Shown: one piece after another, positions 33,307 through 41,513 of the stretch | How positions within the stretch are numbered: the first letter of the stretch is position 1 | Layout of the letters: each line of letters begins with the position of its first letter | NCBI GenBank assembly: GCA_048885925.1 | Contig: JBHLLG010000007.1 | Span: 1 to 64,000 of the forward strand | DNA: 64,000 nt | Origin: Candidatus Hermodarchaeota archaeon | GTDB taxonomy: Archaea > Asgardarchaeota > Lokiarchaeia > Sigyniarchaeales > SOKP01 | Direction: 5' to 3' | Position numbers and translations under genes: made by a program | Notes under the pieces: generated by a model | Database searches by the model: none | What the model was told of the DNA's origin: nothing | What the model saw: the letters and a program-made list of their open reading frames with translations, nothing else

Positions 33307-33822
33307 TTATTTTAATTTTCTATCAGTTCTAATATTCTTTAATAATGTCTGTACTTCACTTATATTCGGATCTTTAACAGCTGGTAAACCTAATTGCTCT
33401 CTTCGTCTCTCAATTGCAGGTTGCGAAGGAATTGCTTTAGCGTTTTCAAATATAGCTTTTGCTTGTGAATATATAAATTCTGGACCTTTACCTAAAGCAA
33501 TACTTTGATTTTTTAGAAAAGTAAAGATTTCTGTAAGTTCAATCTTTTGAGGACATACTTCATCACATGTATCACATACAGTACACCCCCAAATCCCTAA
33601 CTCGTCTCCTCCAAGGAGTAAATCTTTATATCCTAATAATGCTGCTAAGATATTGCTTCTAGGATTATATCCTGTGGTTGTATAAAAATCAGTTGTAACC
33701 GCAGTTACAGGACAATTATCAGCACATCTACTGCATTGATAACAATATTTAATTACATCAGGCCCAATGTGAAAATCCATAACTTGTTTTCTAAATTCGA
33801 AATTTGCTTCCATTTTTCTCAA
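33307..33822 (-). CDS. hdrC: Heterodisulfide reductase subunit C
   Basis: CYQCSRCADNCP and WGCTVCDTCDEVCPQ (two [4Fe-4S] motifs); RREQLGLP; directly upstream of hdrB. Confidence 0.93.
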   Translation of the reverse strand: MRKMEANFEFRKQVMDFHIGPDVIKYCYQCSRCADNCPVTAVTTDFYTTTGYNPRSNILAALLGYKDLLLGGDELGIWGCTVCDTCDEVCPQKIELTEIFTFLKNQSIALGKGPEFIYSQAKAIFENAKAIPSQPAIERRREQLGLPAVKDPNISEVQTLLKNIRTDRKLK

Positions 33823-33858
33823 CTTTTTTCTTATTATTTGAATGATTTTTTTTATTTA

Positions 33859-33932
33859 TAGGCTTTAACCCCACGCAAGGGGCAGTTATATCCAATTTAA
33901 TTCATTTTTATTGGATATTCATCCTAAGCCTA
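33859..33932 (-). promoter_or_regulatory. SECIS-like RNA structure in the vhuU 3' region
   Basis: mRNA reads UAGGCUU-AGG-AUGA-AUAUCCAAU-AAAAAUGAAUUAA-AUUGGAUAU-AACUG-CCCC-UUGCGU-GGGG-UUA-AAGCCUA: outer 7-bp stem, AUGA core, 9-bp stem with A-rich loop, extra GC hairpin. Confidence 0.7.
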
Positions 33933-34068
33933 CATTCAATTTTCGAGAGTAAATCTCGGTGCCCTCTTCATCAACAACTGTGATGTGAGCAGCACACGAT
34001 AGTCAACAGTCAAAACAGCGAACTATCATTTCTAAGAGATTTACTACACCTTCTGGTATATCACTCAT
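33919..34068 (-). CDS. vhuU: Selenocysteine-containing hydrogenase peptide VhuU, the split C-terminus of the large subunit (absent from the ORF track)
   Basis: Manual translation MSDIPEGVVNLLEMIVRCFDC-U-LSCAAHITVVDEEGTEIYSRKLNVGLG*. In-frame TGA at 34003-34005 occupies the first ligand position of the L2 motif missing from the upstream large subunit. Confidence 0.9.
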
Positions 34069-34110
34069 TTTTTTTGTTCACTTTTTTCTATTATTTTCAA
34101 TATATTTAAT

Positions 34111-35415
34111 TTACTTAATCCATGGGTCTGGTAATTTTAAACCATCAAGCGCCTTGTCTTCAAATACTTGTTTAGCAACATGCATTAAGGTTTTTTCAAT
34201 TCCAGCAATATTATGGTTGGTTGCTACTAAGAGGTTTGCTTTCTTACAGATACCATCGCTATCTGAAAAGATATGGTATAACAATAATCCTCGTGGTGCT
34301 TCCACTAGACCAACACCATCTGCTTCTCTTGGTTGAACATCTAATGTTTTGCAATCTGGGTTTACGATGTCTGGATCTTGAAGTAAGGTTGCAATCATTT
34401 CTATAGATTCAACTAATTCAATTAATCTTGCCCAGTGATATGCAAAAGTATGGTGTGAAACAGCACCTACTTTACTTCGCATTGCTTGCAATGCCTCATC
34501 GGCTAAGGGTGTTGCCATTTTATCAGCAGCATTAATCATTGCTAGTGTATTTGCCCTATATATACCTTCAGGATACCCCGCTGGTTTGTAATACATGTGA
34601 GTTGCATAAGAATGTTCTGGAATATGCTCTCCTAACGCGTCTAAATAATTTTGCGGAATATAATCAGTTTTTTCACCATTGGGGGATACAATTCTAATAT
34701 CTCCTTCATAAATATCGTGGACACCATTCTTAGTCATACCTGCATAGTAAGTGGGTACTACTCCTACATTAGCTACAACATCCCAATAATCTTCTACAAC
34801 CTTTAAACCAATATCTACTGTCTTTTTAGTCCATTCTACTTGGTCATTTATTTGTTTCAAGAAGAGATCACGTGCTTCTTCATCCATAGCTTTTTTCATA
34901 CCACCAACTATTGCTGAAATTGGATGAACCGATTTACCACCAATCGTTGCACATAACTTTTGACCAAAATCCATCATTTTTAAGGCCATTGCACCTACAT
35001 CAGGCATTTGATTTATTACATGGACAACATTCCTCAATCCTGGATCTGCCATAGGTCCGAGTAAGAAATCTGGAGCTGCTAAAGCATAAAAATGTAAGGC
35101 ATGTGATGAATATTGTTTTGCATTGATTAGCAATTTTCGTAATTTTAAAGCTGGAGTAGGAATTTCAACACGCCATGCATCTTCTACTGCTTTTGTGGGT
35201 GCCAAATGATGAGGTATTGGGCAAATTCCACATATACGCGGAGTGATTCTTGGGATATGTTCGCAATATCTACCTTCTAGAAATTTTTCAAAAAATCTTG
35301 TCGAAGTAATATTGAATTGAACATTTTGTACTTTCCCATCGTCACCTAAAACCAGCCTTAACCCACCATGCCCCTCTAATCGAGTTACAGGTTCTACTTC
35401 TACTTCTTTTACCAT
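34111..35415 (-). CDS. vhuA: Group 3c [NiFe(Se)] hydrogenase large subunit lacking the L2 motif (VhuA/MvhA)
   Basis: EPVTRLEGHG, L1 PRICGICPIPHH, VEAPRG, VATNHN; ends without DPCxxCxxH. Confidence 0.93.
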   Translation of the reverse strand: MVKEVEVEPVTRLEGHGGLRLVLGDDGKVQNVQFNITSTRFFEKFLEGRYCEHIPRITPRICGICPIPHHLAPTKAVEDAWRVEIPTPALKLRKLLINAKQYSSHALHFYALAAPDFLLGPMADPGLRNVVHVINQMPDVGAMALKMMDFGQKLCATIGGKSVHPISAIVGGMKKAMDEEARDLFLKQINDQVEWTKKTVDIGLKVVEDYWDVVANVGVVPTYYAGMTKNGVHDIYEGDIRIVSPNGEKTDYIPQNYLDALGEHIPEHSYATHMYYKPAGYPEGIYRANTLAMINAADKMATPLADEALQAMRSKVGAVSHHTFAYHWARLIELVESIEMIATLLQDPDIVNPDCKTLDVQPREADGVGLVEAPRGLLLYHIFSDSDGICKKANLLVATNHNIAGIEKTLMHVAKQVFEDKALDGLKLPDPWIK

Positions 35416-35419
35416 TTTA

Positions 35420-36730
35420 TTATACGCCTCCTTTTCTTGATGCTAAAGTAAATTTTTCAAAAGTGCCAATGTGATCTTTCACCTGCGATAGAATTTCTTC
35501 TTTGCTTAAGCTCACTTTAAAACCCTTAACTACTGTATTAGCAAATCGTTCTGCTTGATTAACACCCCACACTGTTTGACCATAACATCCAGTACAAGGG
35601 GCGTTAACTTTTACACATAAAGCACCGCAGCCAGCTCTAGTAACAGGTCCCATACAGATATAACCCTGTTCAATAAGACAATCCTCCATATTTGGAAGAT
35701 CTTCATAATCTCTCTTTACTCTGGTCATTGTTGATTTACTTCCAATAATTCTTGGACATGTATCGCAAACGTTTGATATTTCTGTAAAATCCGGATTTTT
35801 GCCTAAAAAGTTTAACAACGTAGATCCAATTTCTTCCGTAGATGGGGGTAAATTAGCTAAAGGTGTCTCAGGAGATCCACGTTTTTTGATTTGTTTTAAT
35901 ATATCTCCTGCTAGATCAAAACCTGCCATAAGTGGTAACCCCAAAAACAAAGTTGAAAATTCCAAAATCGACTTTTTATTACCTGAACTGATTGGAGTGA
36001 GATTTTTCACCATACTACTTAATTTATCAGCTCTTGAGTCTACTGTTTTCGCTGGTCCATAACAGCCAACACATGGTTTATTATCACTTGTACACTTTAA
36101 ATTACAACCTATACTTGTGATAGGACCAAAACATAAAGTACCTCTCATGAGTAAGCAATCATCTTTAATACTACAGTCATTGCAGAATGCGAGGTCATTC
36201 ATTGGAAATGGTTTTTGACCTAATAAAAAGGCAACAGCACTAACAATCTGTTCTGGTTTTGGAGGACAACCTGCCATATAGACGTCTACGTTAATTACTT
36301 CATCAACATTTATAATTTTATCCTGGAATTCGGGAACATGTTGAGTTGGAACTGTAGGTGTCTCATTTGTAGCAGATTCAACTTCGATAAATTTTCTTCT
36401 TTTCAATGTTTCGATATCCCATTGGTTCGCTAATCCTGCTACATTTCCATAGGTAGCACAACTACCGAATGCAATTATCAATGCACATTTTTCTCTCATC
36501 AATTTAACATTTTCCAAATCTTGTTTAGTCCTTATTGCTCCTTCGATAAATCCTACTAAGACTGATCCAGAGGCTCTAGCTTTCAATGAATCTTCTTTAA
36601 AATCAACTACAGCTGGCCAATATACAAATTCAAGTGCTGGTAGAACAGGCAACAATCCCAAATGTGCGTTCAAGAGGGATTGGTGACAGCCCCAACAGTC
36701 ACTTAGTTGCATAAAAGCTACTTTCACCAT
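35420..36730 (-). CDS. vhuG: Group 3c hydrogenase small subunit with a duplicated C-terminal Fe-S module (VhuG/MvhG)
   Basis: DCWGC, FIEGA, AFGSCA, GCPP; then two modules CxxC...CL...CxGP...GC...C...PCxGCYG. Confidence 0.9.
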   Translation of the reverse strand: MVKVAFMQLSDCWGCHQSLLNAHLGLLPVLPALEFVYWPAVVDFKEDSLKARASGSVLVGFIEGAIRTKQDLENVKLMREKCALIIAFGSCATYGNVAGLANQWDIETLKRRKFIEVESATNETPTVPTQHVPEFQDKIINVDEVINVDVYMAGCPPKPEQIVSAVAFLLGQKPFPMNDLAFCNDCSIKDDCLLMRGTLCFGPITSIGCNLKCTSDNKPCVGCYGPAKTVDSRADKLSSMVKNLTPISSGNKKSILEFSTLFLGLPLMAGFDLAGDILKQIKKRGSPETPLANLPPSTEEIGSTLLNFLGKNPDFTEISNVCDTCPRIIGSKSTMTRVKRDYEDLPNMEDCLIEQGYICMGPVTRAGCGALCVKVNAPCTGCYGQTVWGVNQAERFANTVVKGFKVSLSKEEILSQVKDHIGTFEKFTLASRKGGV

Positions 36731-36858
36731 TTTTACATCAAATTTTTTTTTTATTTTTATAAATAATTAAACGCTTTTTTAAAAAAGAATTGATGTTTAA
36801 AATTATGCTTTATGTTATTAAAAAATTTCTGCTTTCTAAATATGGAGGATATATTTTA

Positions 36859-36873
36859 GTTTCAAAATTAAAC
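36859..36873. promoter_or_regulatory. Single 15-bp operator-like box upstream of vhuG
   Basis: GTTTCA-AAA-TTAAAC, one mismatch to the GTTTCA-N3-TGAAAC consensus. Confidence 0.55.
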
Positions 36874-37112
36874 ATAAATGGAGTAAAAACAAAAAAAAAG
36901 TTCAATTTCAAATTAATTTCTTAATATAACGAGAGATTTTCAAAAATTTTATCAAGCCTTAATTAATATAATTTTAAACTCCTTTAATAGCCAATCTATA
37001 AGCTTTGGCAGAAGTTTTATTAAATAAGTAATTACAATCAATGGAATAGAGATTTATTTTGCCAAATTTTTAAATTAAGTTTGTTTAATGATATAAACTT
37101 AATTACAAAAGA

Positions 37113-37685
37113 TTAAAAAGAACCACATCCATCACATTTTCCATCGAGAAAAGCGGCACAATCGCTACATATATTTTCACATTTTTCTTCTTGACTTTCT
37201 TGGCTGAAAAGATTAATTGGTATATACTTAGGGGTGATAAGTTCAGACACGAATATAGTGGCAGAGTGAAGTATTCCTTTTTTATTCGTAGGTCCACAGT
37301 AATTAATATATCTGTGAAGCACATCAATATTTTGGCCTATGACTCCTAATATTAAGTTATATTGACCTGTTACCTGAGCCAGTAAAAACACACGAGGGCA
37401 ATTTTGATAGGCTTTAATTATATTTTGCACTTCATCATAATTACTCATTTCGATTAGTAAAAATAGAGATCTATATTGAAGTGTATTGATATTTGTATTC
37501 GCTTGAACCTTTAGAACTCCTGAATCCTCTAACTTCGAAATTCTCTTTGCAATACCTGTATGACTCATAGTTTCATCACCAGATTTATATATTACTTTTT
37601 CTAAGTTTGTCAAACTTTGACGCCCTTCTTTGAACAATTCTAATAAAATCTGTTTATCAATATTATCTAATTGCATAGTTTTCAT
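37113..37685 (-). CDS. Lrp/AsnC transcriptional regulator with Cys-rich C-terminal tail (copy 1)
   Basis: LDNIDKQILLEL...KRISKLEDSGV HTH; VTGQYNLI; tail CENICSDC...CDGC. Confidence 0.9.
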   Translation of the reverse strand: MKTMQLDNIDKQILLELFKEGRQSLTNLEKVIYKSGDETMSHTGIAKRISKLEDSGVLKVQANTNINTLQYRSLFLLIEMSNYDEVQNIIKAYQNCPRVFLLAQVTGQYNLILGVIGQNIDVLHRYINYCGPTNKKGILHSATIFVSELITPKYIPINLFSQESQEEKCENICSDCAAFLDGKCDGCGSF

Positions 37686-38544
37686 ATTAAAACTAAATAT
37701 AATTAATTAGATCTTAATTACCAATTTTTAAAATTTGTCGTTTATAAAAAGTTAGCTTGATAATATTTCAAAATTTTATGTACGCTTTACATCTTTCTAT
37801 TAAGATATTTTATATTAATATTTACAACTTTAATTAAATTAAACAATAAATAATTAGTTTTCATGTATATAATGCCTTATCATCATTATTGTTTTTCTAA
37901 TTAATTAAGTAAATAATAGTTTACTTATTATATTTAATAAATATTAGGGGTTTTCAAACTGAAACTTTGAATAAAAAATCGTTGAAAAATGAAACTAAAA
38001 GGTAATGGAATAGTATAATTATTTGAATTCACAAAATATAATGAATCCTTTTTTATATTAACGTTTCTAATAATATAATTATGACTTTGGATCAAATTGA
38101 CAAACAGATTCTTAAAACTTTATTTGAAAATGGTCGCGAAAGTTTAAGTTCTTTAAGTAAAATTGTATTAAAGTCGAATCAAGAAACAATGAGCCATGCA
38201 GGTATTGCAAAGAGAATTTCGAAGTTAGAGGATTCAGGAGTTCTAAAGGTTCAAGGAAATATAAGTGCTAAGAGCTTAAATTATTACATTGCGTTTATTT
38301 TAATTGAAATGAGAAATTATAATGAAGTACAAAAAATTATTGATGCTTATGCAGAATGTCCCAGAGTATTTTTACTTGCTCACGTAGCTGGTCAATATAA
38401 CTTGATCTTTGGAGTAATAGGCCAAGATATTGATGTCTTACGCAGATATATTAATTACTGCGGACCTATGAATAAAAAAGGAATACTTCACTCTGCCACT
38501 ATATTCGTGTCTGAACTTATCACCCCTAAGTATATACCAATTAA
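37213..38544. repeat. Identical inverted blocks shared by the two Lrp paralogs
   Basis: 37213-37287 is the reverse complement of 38470-38544 (75 bp); 37502-37558 is the reverse complement of 38199-38255 (57 bp). Confidence 0.9.
37951..38019 (+). promoter_or_regulatory. Dual-box promoter of Lrp copy 2
   Basis: TTTTCA-AAC-TGAAAC (37951), GTTGAA-AAA-TGAAAC (37981), 17 nt, GTATAAT (38013). Confidence 0.65.
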
Positions 38545-38644
38545 GCTTTTTAGTGGTGAAAGCAAAGAGCATAAATGTGAAAATATATGTAAAGCATGTG
38601 CTGCCTTTCTTGATGGAAAATGTAATGGATGTGGTAACTTCTAA
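38081..38644 (+). CDS. Lrp/AsnC transcriptional regulator with Cys-rich C-terminal tail (copy 2)
   Basis: Paralog of 37113-37685; tail CENICKAC...CNGC. Confidence 0.9.
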   Translation: MTLDQIDKQILKTLFENGRESLSSLSKIVLKSNQETMSHAGIAKRISKLEDSGVLKVQGNISAKSLNYYIAFILIEMRNYNEVQKIIDAYAECPRVFLLAHVAGQYNLIFGVIGQDIDVLRRYINYCGPMNKKGILHSATIFVSELITPKYIPIKLFSGESKEHKCENICKACAAFLDGKCNGCGNF

Positions 38645-38687
38645 TATAGACCACAACATTGATCTTATATAAATTATATTATAATAA

Positions 38688-38755
38688 ACGGTGTTCTGAA
38701 ACTTTATTCAAAATAATGTCATATCTTGAAACTGAAAATTGAATTACTATTTAAA
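38688..38755 (+). promoter_or_regulatory. Dual-box promoter of the MarR-like gene
   Basis: ACGGTG-TTC-TGAAAC (38688), GTCATA-TCT-TGAAAC (38718), 17 nt, TTTAAA (38750). Confidence 0.7.
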
Positions 38756-38861
38756 ATCCTCACATTTCATAAAAATTAAAACGATATGCTTAATTTAATA
38801 AAAATAAAGATTTAGATTTTCGAATTTTAAATCTATTAGATGATAATAAAAAATTGTTTTA

Positions 38862-39107
38862 ATGATGTATTTAATAAGAGACTATTTGACAGAACAAAAA
38901 TTAATCTCATTACCTCCCTCGAGTAAATTTATTTTATATCTACTGAAAAGAAATGGACCGTTAACTCAAGAAGAAATTATGAAAAGATCGCTTCTACCTA
39001 GTAGGACAGTCGTTTATTCTTTAAAAAAATTATATGATCTAAATTTTATTAGAAAAAATGTTGATAAAAGAGATAAACGAATAAGATTTTATGAAATACT
39101 TATTTAA
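38862..39107 (+). CDS. Small MarR-like winged-helix regulator
   Basis: LPPSSKFILYLLKRNGPLTQEEI...LPSRTVVYSLKKL...DKRIRFY. Confidence 0.88.
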   Translation: MMYLIRDYLTEQKLISLPPSSKFILYLLKRNGPLTQEEIMKRSLLPSRTVVYSLKKLYDLNFIRKNVDKRDKRIRFYEILI

Positions 39108-39256
39108 CTTGTAATTTATCAGTGGAATCATGATCTCTTTATGCTTACATAACCTCTAATTCACAAAAAAATAGTTTAAAGCTCTAAAGTAAATAATTTT
39201 GCAAATCATATATCTTTTTATTCCATTAATTTCGATGAAATAATTTTACGATTTTA

Positions 39257-39342
39257 GTTTCAAATTGTGACAATAATTGAAAAATTATGGGAAATTGAAA
39301 CAATTCATGATTACATTGTTTAAATTAACCAGATAAGGTAAT
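39257..39342 (+). promoter_or_regulatory. Dual-box promoter of HxxCH protein 1
   Basis: GTTTCA-AAT-TGTGAC (39257), ATGGGA-AAT-TGAAAC (39287), 17 nt, TTTAAA (39319); core ATTGTTTAAATTAACCAGATAAGGTAAT nearly shared with the promoter at 47953. Confidence 0.72.
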
Positions 39343-39426
39343 ACTTAAAAAAGAAGTCACCTTTTTTTAAAATTGAAACATTAATTTAAATAAAAATTAA
39401 TAATCTAAAAATAAAAGGTTTATATT

Positions 39427-40104
39427 TTGAGAAAAACTAAAATTCTTTCACTATTGATTTTTTCAGCCTTACTTATAGGAATTATAGGTGTAGCTGTAGG
39501 TTATCAAGAATACATATATAGATGGGTTAATAACGGAGCAGGTGGAACTCATGGTGCATGCCATGATTCGACTAAGACTAAATCAAGTGTAAATGGAACT
39601 TTAGTATTGTCTATTAATGTAACAGGAGATTTATCCCCTTTACAACATTTTACCTTAGAGGTTGATGTTCTCAACTTTACAGAGGCTAATTTAGATCCTT
39701 ATGCAGGTAGATTTACTTTAGGTGTACCCGGATATCGAGGTGATAACGCATTATTTACATCATCAGTAGCTCATCAAACATTGAATAGAGGAGAACAAGT
39801 AGATAGTTATGGATCCTATGATCCTTCTGATAATGATAATAAATTTGATCTAATTGCCCCTAATAAAGCTGGAACATATGATCTTTATGCAGTAGCAATA
39901 GCAGGGATGAATCAAACGGACGCATCTTTCTACAATCTTACTTACGTTGAAGATTCAATTGAAATTACTGTTACAGGCTCTACTGGTACAGGTGCAGAAA
40001 CTATTTCGGGAGGAATTTTAACAATCGTTATTGGCAGCAGTGTTGCAGTAACATCTGTTTTAATATTAACAGTGAGAAAGCGAATGAAGAAAAAAGAATT
40101 GTAA
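39427..40104 (+). CDS. Exported, membrane-anchored protein with HGACH motif (putative single-Cys c-type cytochrome)
   Basis: Signal peptide, GGTHGACH (motif at 39550-39564), beta-rich domain with IAPNKAGTYDLYA, C-terminal TM and basic tail; directly upstream of ccmC. Confidence 0.7.
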   Translation: MRKTKILSLLIFSALLIGIIGVAVGYQEYIYRWVNNGAGGTHGACHDSTKTKSSVNGTLVLSINVTGDLSPLQHFTLEVDVLNFTEANLDPYAGRFTLGVPGYRGDNALFTSSVAHQTLNRGEQVDSYGSYDPSDNDNKFDLIAPNKAGTYDLYAVAIAGMNQTDASFYNLTYVEDSIEITVTGSTGTGAETISGGILTIVIGSSVAVTSVLILTVRKRMKKKEL

Positions 40105-40264
40105 ATTCAAAATACTAAATAAATATTATTTTTTTTTTATAATCTTAAATTTTAAAAGTTAAAAAAAATGTCTTAAATGTGAAAAATAGCAATACTCCTT
40201 ACAAACAAAAAGATTTGTCATTGTATTAAAATGTATCAGAATTATAATTATATAAAGCATTATC

Positions 40265-40996
40265 ATGAATATCCCAAAATTGTTACAGACTAATTTCCTT
40301 TTAATTATTTCATTAACAATTTTGATGATTAATTTTTTTCTTATTTTAATCTTGACTTCCTTTAATCTCATTGTATGGGGAAGTCCTAATCGAATAGTAT
40401 ATATCATTTTTTTTTATCATGTTTCTGGGGCTTGGCTTGCATATTTATCATATGGTCTAAGTTTACTATTTCATATTCTCTATTTGAAGAAACGAGAAAT
40501 AAACTGGAATCGGTTGGGCACCAATAGCATAATAGTTGGAGTGTTTTTTACAGCATTTACATTAATTACTGGATCTTTATGGTACAATGCTACTTCTGGA
40601 GATTATAACAATATTTACTGGCAATGGAGTGATGGTAGACAAACTATGACTTTAATATTGCTTCTTTGTTATTTAGCATATTTAATTTTTAGGAGTATGA
40701 TTGAAGATAAAGAAAAAAGAGCAAAATTATCTTCAATTTTAGGTATTACTTTATTTCCTACAATACCCTTAAGTTATTTCTCGGCAATCATATTTACAAG
40801 CTTGCATCCCCTAATTAATCCAACTCCTGGAGAGCCAGGTAATATTTATTGGGACCCCGTGAAATTATTCATGTTAATTTTTAATTTGATTGGAATAACC
40901 ATCTTATTTTTTTATGTTATTCAAAGATTAGGAGAATTAGATAAAGCAAAAGAAAAACTAGATAAAACTATACAAAAAAGGTTGATAGAGGAGTAA
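40265..40996 (+). CDS. ccmC: Cytochrome c maturation heme chaperone CcmC
   Basis: IIFFYHVSGAW (His), ITGSLW...YWQWSDGRQT (WWD-like), SLHP (His). Confidence 0.9.
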   Translation: MNIPKLLQTNFLLIISLTILMINFFLILILTSFNLIVWGSPNRIVYIIFFYHVSGAWLAYLSYGLSLLFHILYLKKREINWNRLGTNSIIVGVFFTAFTLITGSLWYNATSGDYNNIYWQWSDGRQTMTLILLLCYLAYLIFRSMIEDKEKRAKLSSILGITLFPTIPLSYFSAIIFTSLHPLINPTPGEPGNIYWDPVKLFMLIFNLIGITILFFYVIQRLGELDKAKEKLDKTIQKRLIEE

Positions 40997-41001
40997 TTTA
41001 A

Positions 41002-41154
41002 ATGGCACTACAATATTTTGATCAAGATTTAATAACAATAACAATTAGTTATATTTTATTTTGGGTAGTTATTATAATTCTAATCTTATATCCTAAACTT
41101 AGAATAAGAAAAACTTTGAAAAGAATAAAAAAGTTGGAGAAAAATTTGAAGTAA
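41002..41154 (+). CDS. ccmD: CcmD-like small membrane protein (absent from the ORF track)
   Basis: Manual translation MALQYFDQDLITITISYILFWVVIIILILYPKLRIRKTLKRIKKLEKNLK* (50 aa): one TM with Tyr, basic tail, located between ccmC and ccmE. Confidence 0.75.
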   Translation: MALQYFDQDLITITISYILFWVVIIILILYPKLRIRKTLKRIKKLEKNLK

Positions 41155-41158
41155 GTAG

Positions 41159-41506
41159 ATGATGAATATGAAAAAAACAAAAATTATTGCAATCACAGGA
41201 ATTATTATATCAATTATTGTTATAATTACGTTGCTTACATCAACTGCACGTCCTTATCTCACAGTCTCTCAAGTTGCCTTGAACCCTTCCAAATATGACA
41301 ATAAAGAGATTCAAGTTATAGGTGTTGTACAAGGATTTGCTGGAAGTAATTTTAATTTAACTGAAAATGGATATAGTATTTATATAGATATAAATAGTTT
41401 AACTCCTTCAACTGATATGGAAAATGGAATTCAAGTTGTTGTAAAAGGAACATTTAGTTCATCTCTGGTTTTAATCGCAAACCAGATTCTTACACAGTGT
41501 AGTTAG
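41159..41506 (+). CDS. ccmE: Heme chaperone CcmE, Cys-type, ending CS-stop
   Basis: N-terminal TM, PYLTVSQV, IQVIGVV, GIQVVVKG, LIANQILTQCS*. Confidence 0.85.
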   Translation: MMNMKKTKIIAITGIIISIIVIITLLTSTARPYLTVSQVALNPSKYDNKEIQVIGVVQGFAGSNFNLTENGYSIYIDINSLTPSTDMENGIQVVVKGTFSSSLVLIANQILTQCS

Positions 41507-41513
41507 ATCTTAT

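Noticed and set aside
33886-33921. Second TGA of vhuU read as a further Sec, extending the peptide by ISNKNELNWI
   Set aside because: It lies in the presumably cleaved tail and inside the SECIS-like stem; termination is the simpler reading.
34111-35415. Hydrogenase large subunit appears truncated (possible pseudogene)
   Set aside because: The missing L2 motif is supplied by the adjacent vhuU, a known split architecture.
41504-41506. CcmE TAG as pyrrolysine or readthrough
   Set aside because: Readthrough does not restore CxxxY and runs into the convergent ccmB; no pyl genes are seen in the window.
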